Notes under the pieces: generated by a model
Seen by the model: only the letters and a program-made list of their open reading frames with translations
Database searches by the model: none
What the model was told of the DNA's origin: nothing
From: Raillietiella orientalis
Taxonomy: Eukaryota
Direction: 5' to 3'
Length of the DNA stretch: 64,000 nucleotides
Assembly: GCA_036172245.1 (NCBI GenBank)
Contig: JAYWIR010000019.1
Location: forward strand, 310,001-374,000
Shown here: piece after piece, positions 62,351 through 64,000 of the stretch
How positions within the stretch are numbered: position 1 is the first letter of the stretch
Layout: every line of letters begins with the position of its first letter
Program-made: the position numbers and the translations under genes

Positions 62351-64000
62351 GGAGCCAGGGAACAAAGGTTGCCCGGAGCGACGACGCGGTGCTTCCGGAC
62401 GTCCGGGTGCGAAACCGGAAGTCACCGGCGCCTCTTGCCCAAACTGCGCCTCGCTCTCTTCTGAACCCGGCCCGGTTGTCTGCCTCGCGTTGCCGTTTCT
62501 TTGGGCGCTGGGCTCGCATGGCGTTGCCGTGGGAGATTCTTTGAGCTCCCGCACGAGCGGGGGATTTAGCTTCGCAAGTGTTTCCGAAGATTAACACTTG
62601 TGATGTGTCTCTTACGAGAACGTGGGAGCGACCCGAGTGCGGCGTTACATCCGTAGTCCCGTGTGAGGGGCGGGAGCAGGAAGGAAGGCGTTCGATTTCT
62701 TCGGGATTCTCTTGGAAGTCAGGAGTCGAACGTCCGCGGGAACCCTGACGCGGGAAACGAGGTTCCTGGCGGTCGTCTCGGAAACGACGTCAGGAAAGGG
62801 AGATTCCGTCCGTTGAGAGTCTCGGTGTCTTTCAAAAGCCCCGAGCAGGGTACGGGCGCGCGGCCGACCCCCAGCTTTTGTGCACCGTGCGAACGGTAGC
62901 GGGCGCGCGCCCCACACAAAGGCGGAAGGAAGGGGTTCGCGCGCGTCGCGCTTCGAGTGAGGACGACCCCTGAGGCGGAGAGGGGTGAAGTCCCCGCGCG
63001 CGAGGAGGTTTCAGGCTCTCTCCCTGCCCCCGCCGCGCGCGCCGCTGGAGGGCGGCAACCGCTGGAAAGAGCGAAGAGCACGAGTTCTTGGGGGGTTCTT
63101 CCGGAATTGCCAGGAGCTCGTGAGGGAAAAAAAAACGCCGGCTTTGTGCGACCTCCAGGAAAGTCAGCGGCTTTTTTTCATTTGTTCCTCGCGACCTCTG
63201 TTCCTACCACCTGGCGTTGAGAAAGCCGGAGGGACAACAGGGCAGGGGTGCGGCCGAAGAGGGGAAAGCGCGCGCGGTTCCATCCTTTGCGCGGAGCCGG
63301 CGATGACGTCACATCGCCGACGATCCGAGACTCCTCCAAGACGCCCGGCGTCCGGTCGATGAAATTCAAAGTCCCGACATCAGGGGGCTTCCTGGGACAC
63401 TGCAACACCTCCTCGCGTGAGCACGCGCGGAGGGACGCTGCTTCAGTGCCGAACGCGCAAGCAACAACAGCAAAACAAAAAAAGAAAGCGAGTCGGACAC
63501 GTGCAAGGGCCGCGCTGATGACGAGGATTTGAAGGCTTCGGATGGAATGACGACGGATGAAAGACGGCAGCCGAGGGGCGAACGAAAATTCGTGCTTTCC
63601 GGCCCGAAAAATGGGATCAAACTCGGTGCAACTCCTAGTCCAAAAGTCCGTAGTCCTAGCCCGGGATGTCAGCTTCTCCTTCCGTCAAACGTCTACTGAG
63701 GAAAGCGTCGTCCATCAGGGAGGGATGGGAACGCAGGAACCGACCGTCGAAGGGCTGGAAGACTCTCGCGTTCCTCCTCGACGCGTCGTTGGCAGGAGAG
63801 GAGCGCGAAGAGCTGCAAGAGTCGGCCAGCCTTCCCGTGCTGCGGACGCCGGCTGGAGAGGCCGCCATCTCAGGCGGCAGGTAGCTGGTGCCGAACCCCG
63901 GACAAGCAGCGGGAACGTCGCTTGTCCGGCGACCGTCACGTCCCCCTCCCCCTCTCCGCCCACTTGCCGTCCCGCTCTCGAAAGCATCCGCAGGGCTCGG

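Overview
Eukaryotic (animal, probably a non-insect invertebrate/arthropod) genomic DNA. It is a mosaic of GC/CpG-rich, transposon-derived sequence and AT-richer gene-like islands. The only gene I can identify firmly is a 9-exon animal-type GH13 alpha-amylase on the + strand (17020-26939, 549 aa when spliced by hand). It keeps the catalytic Asp/Glu/Asp but has FVDNQD in place of the near-invariant FVDNHD, has four 48-57 bp micro-introns, and uses unusual AAG/GAG acceptors. The rest holds many decayed retroelements (L1/Tx1-like ORF2 pieces, Penelope-like pieces), a piggyBac transposase relic inside an amylase intron, and a ~245 bp direct repeat. A near-identical ~1.2 kb inverted repeat (30740-31949 / 45881-47096) brackets ~14 kb containing two unidentified, probably divergent multi-exon genes. 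There are also two long hairpins and several microsatellite/low-complexity tracts. No CRISPR array, rRNA or intact tRNA was found. Most long ORFs in the supplied track are GC-rich or low-complexity artefacts. All calls are by eye; no database searches were run.
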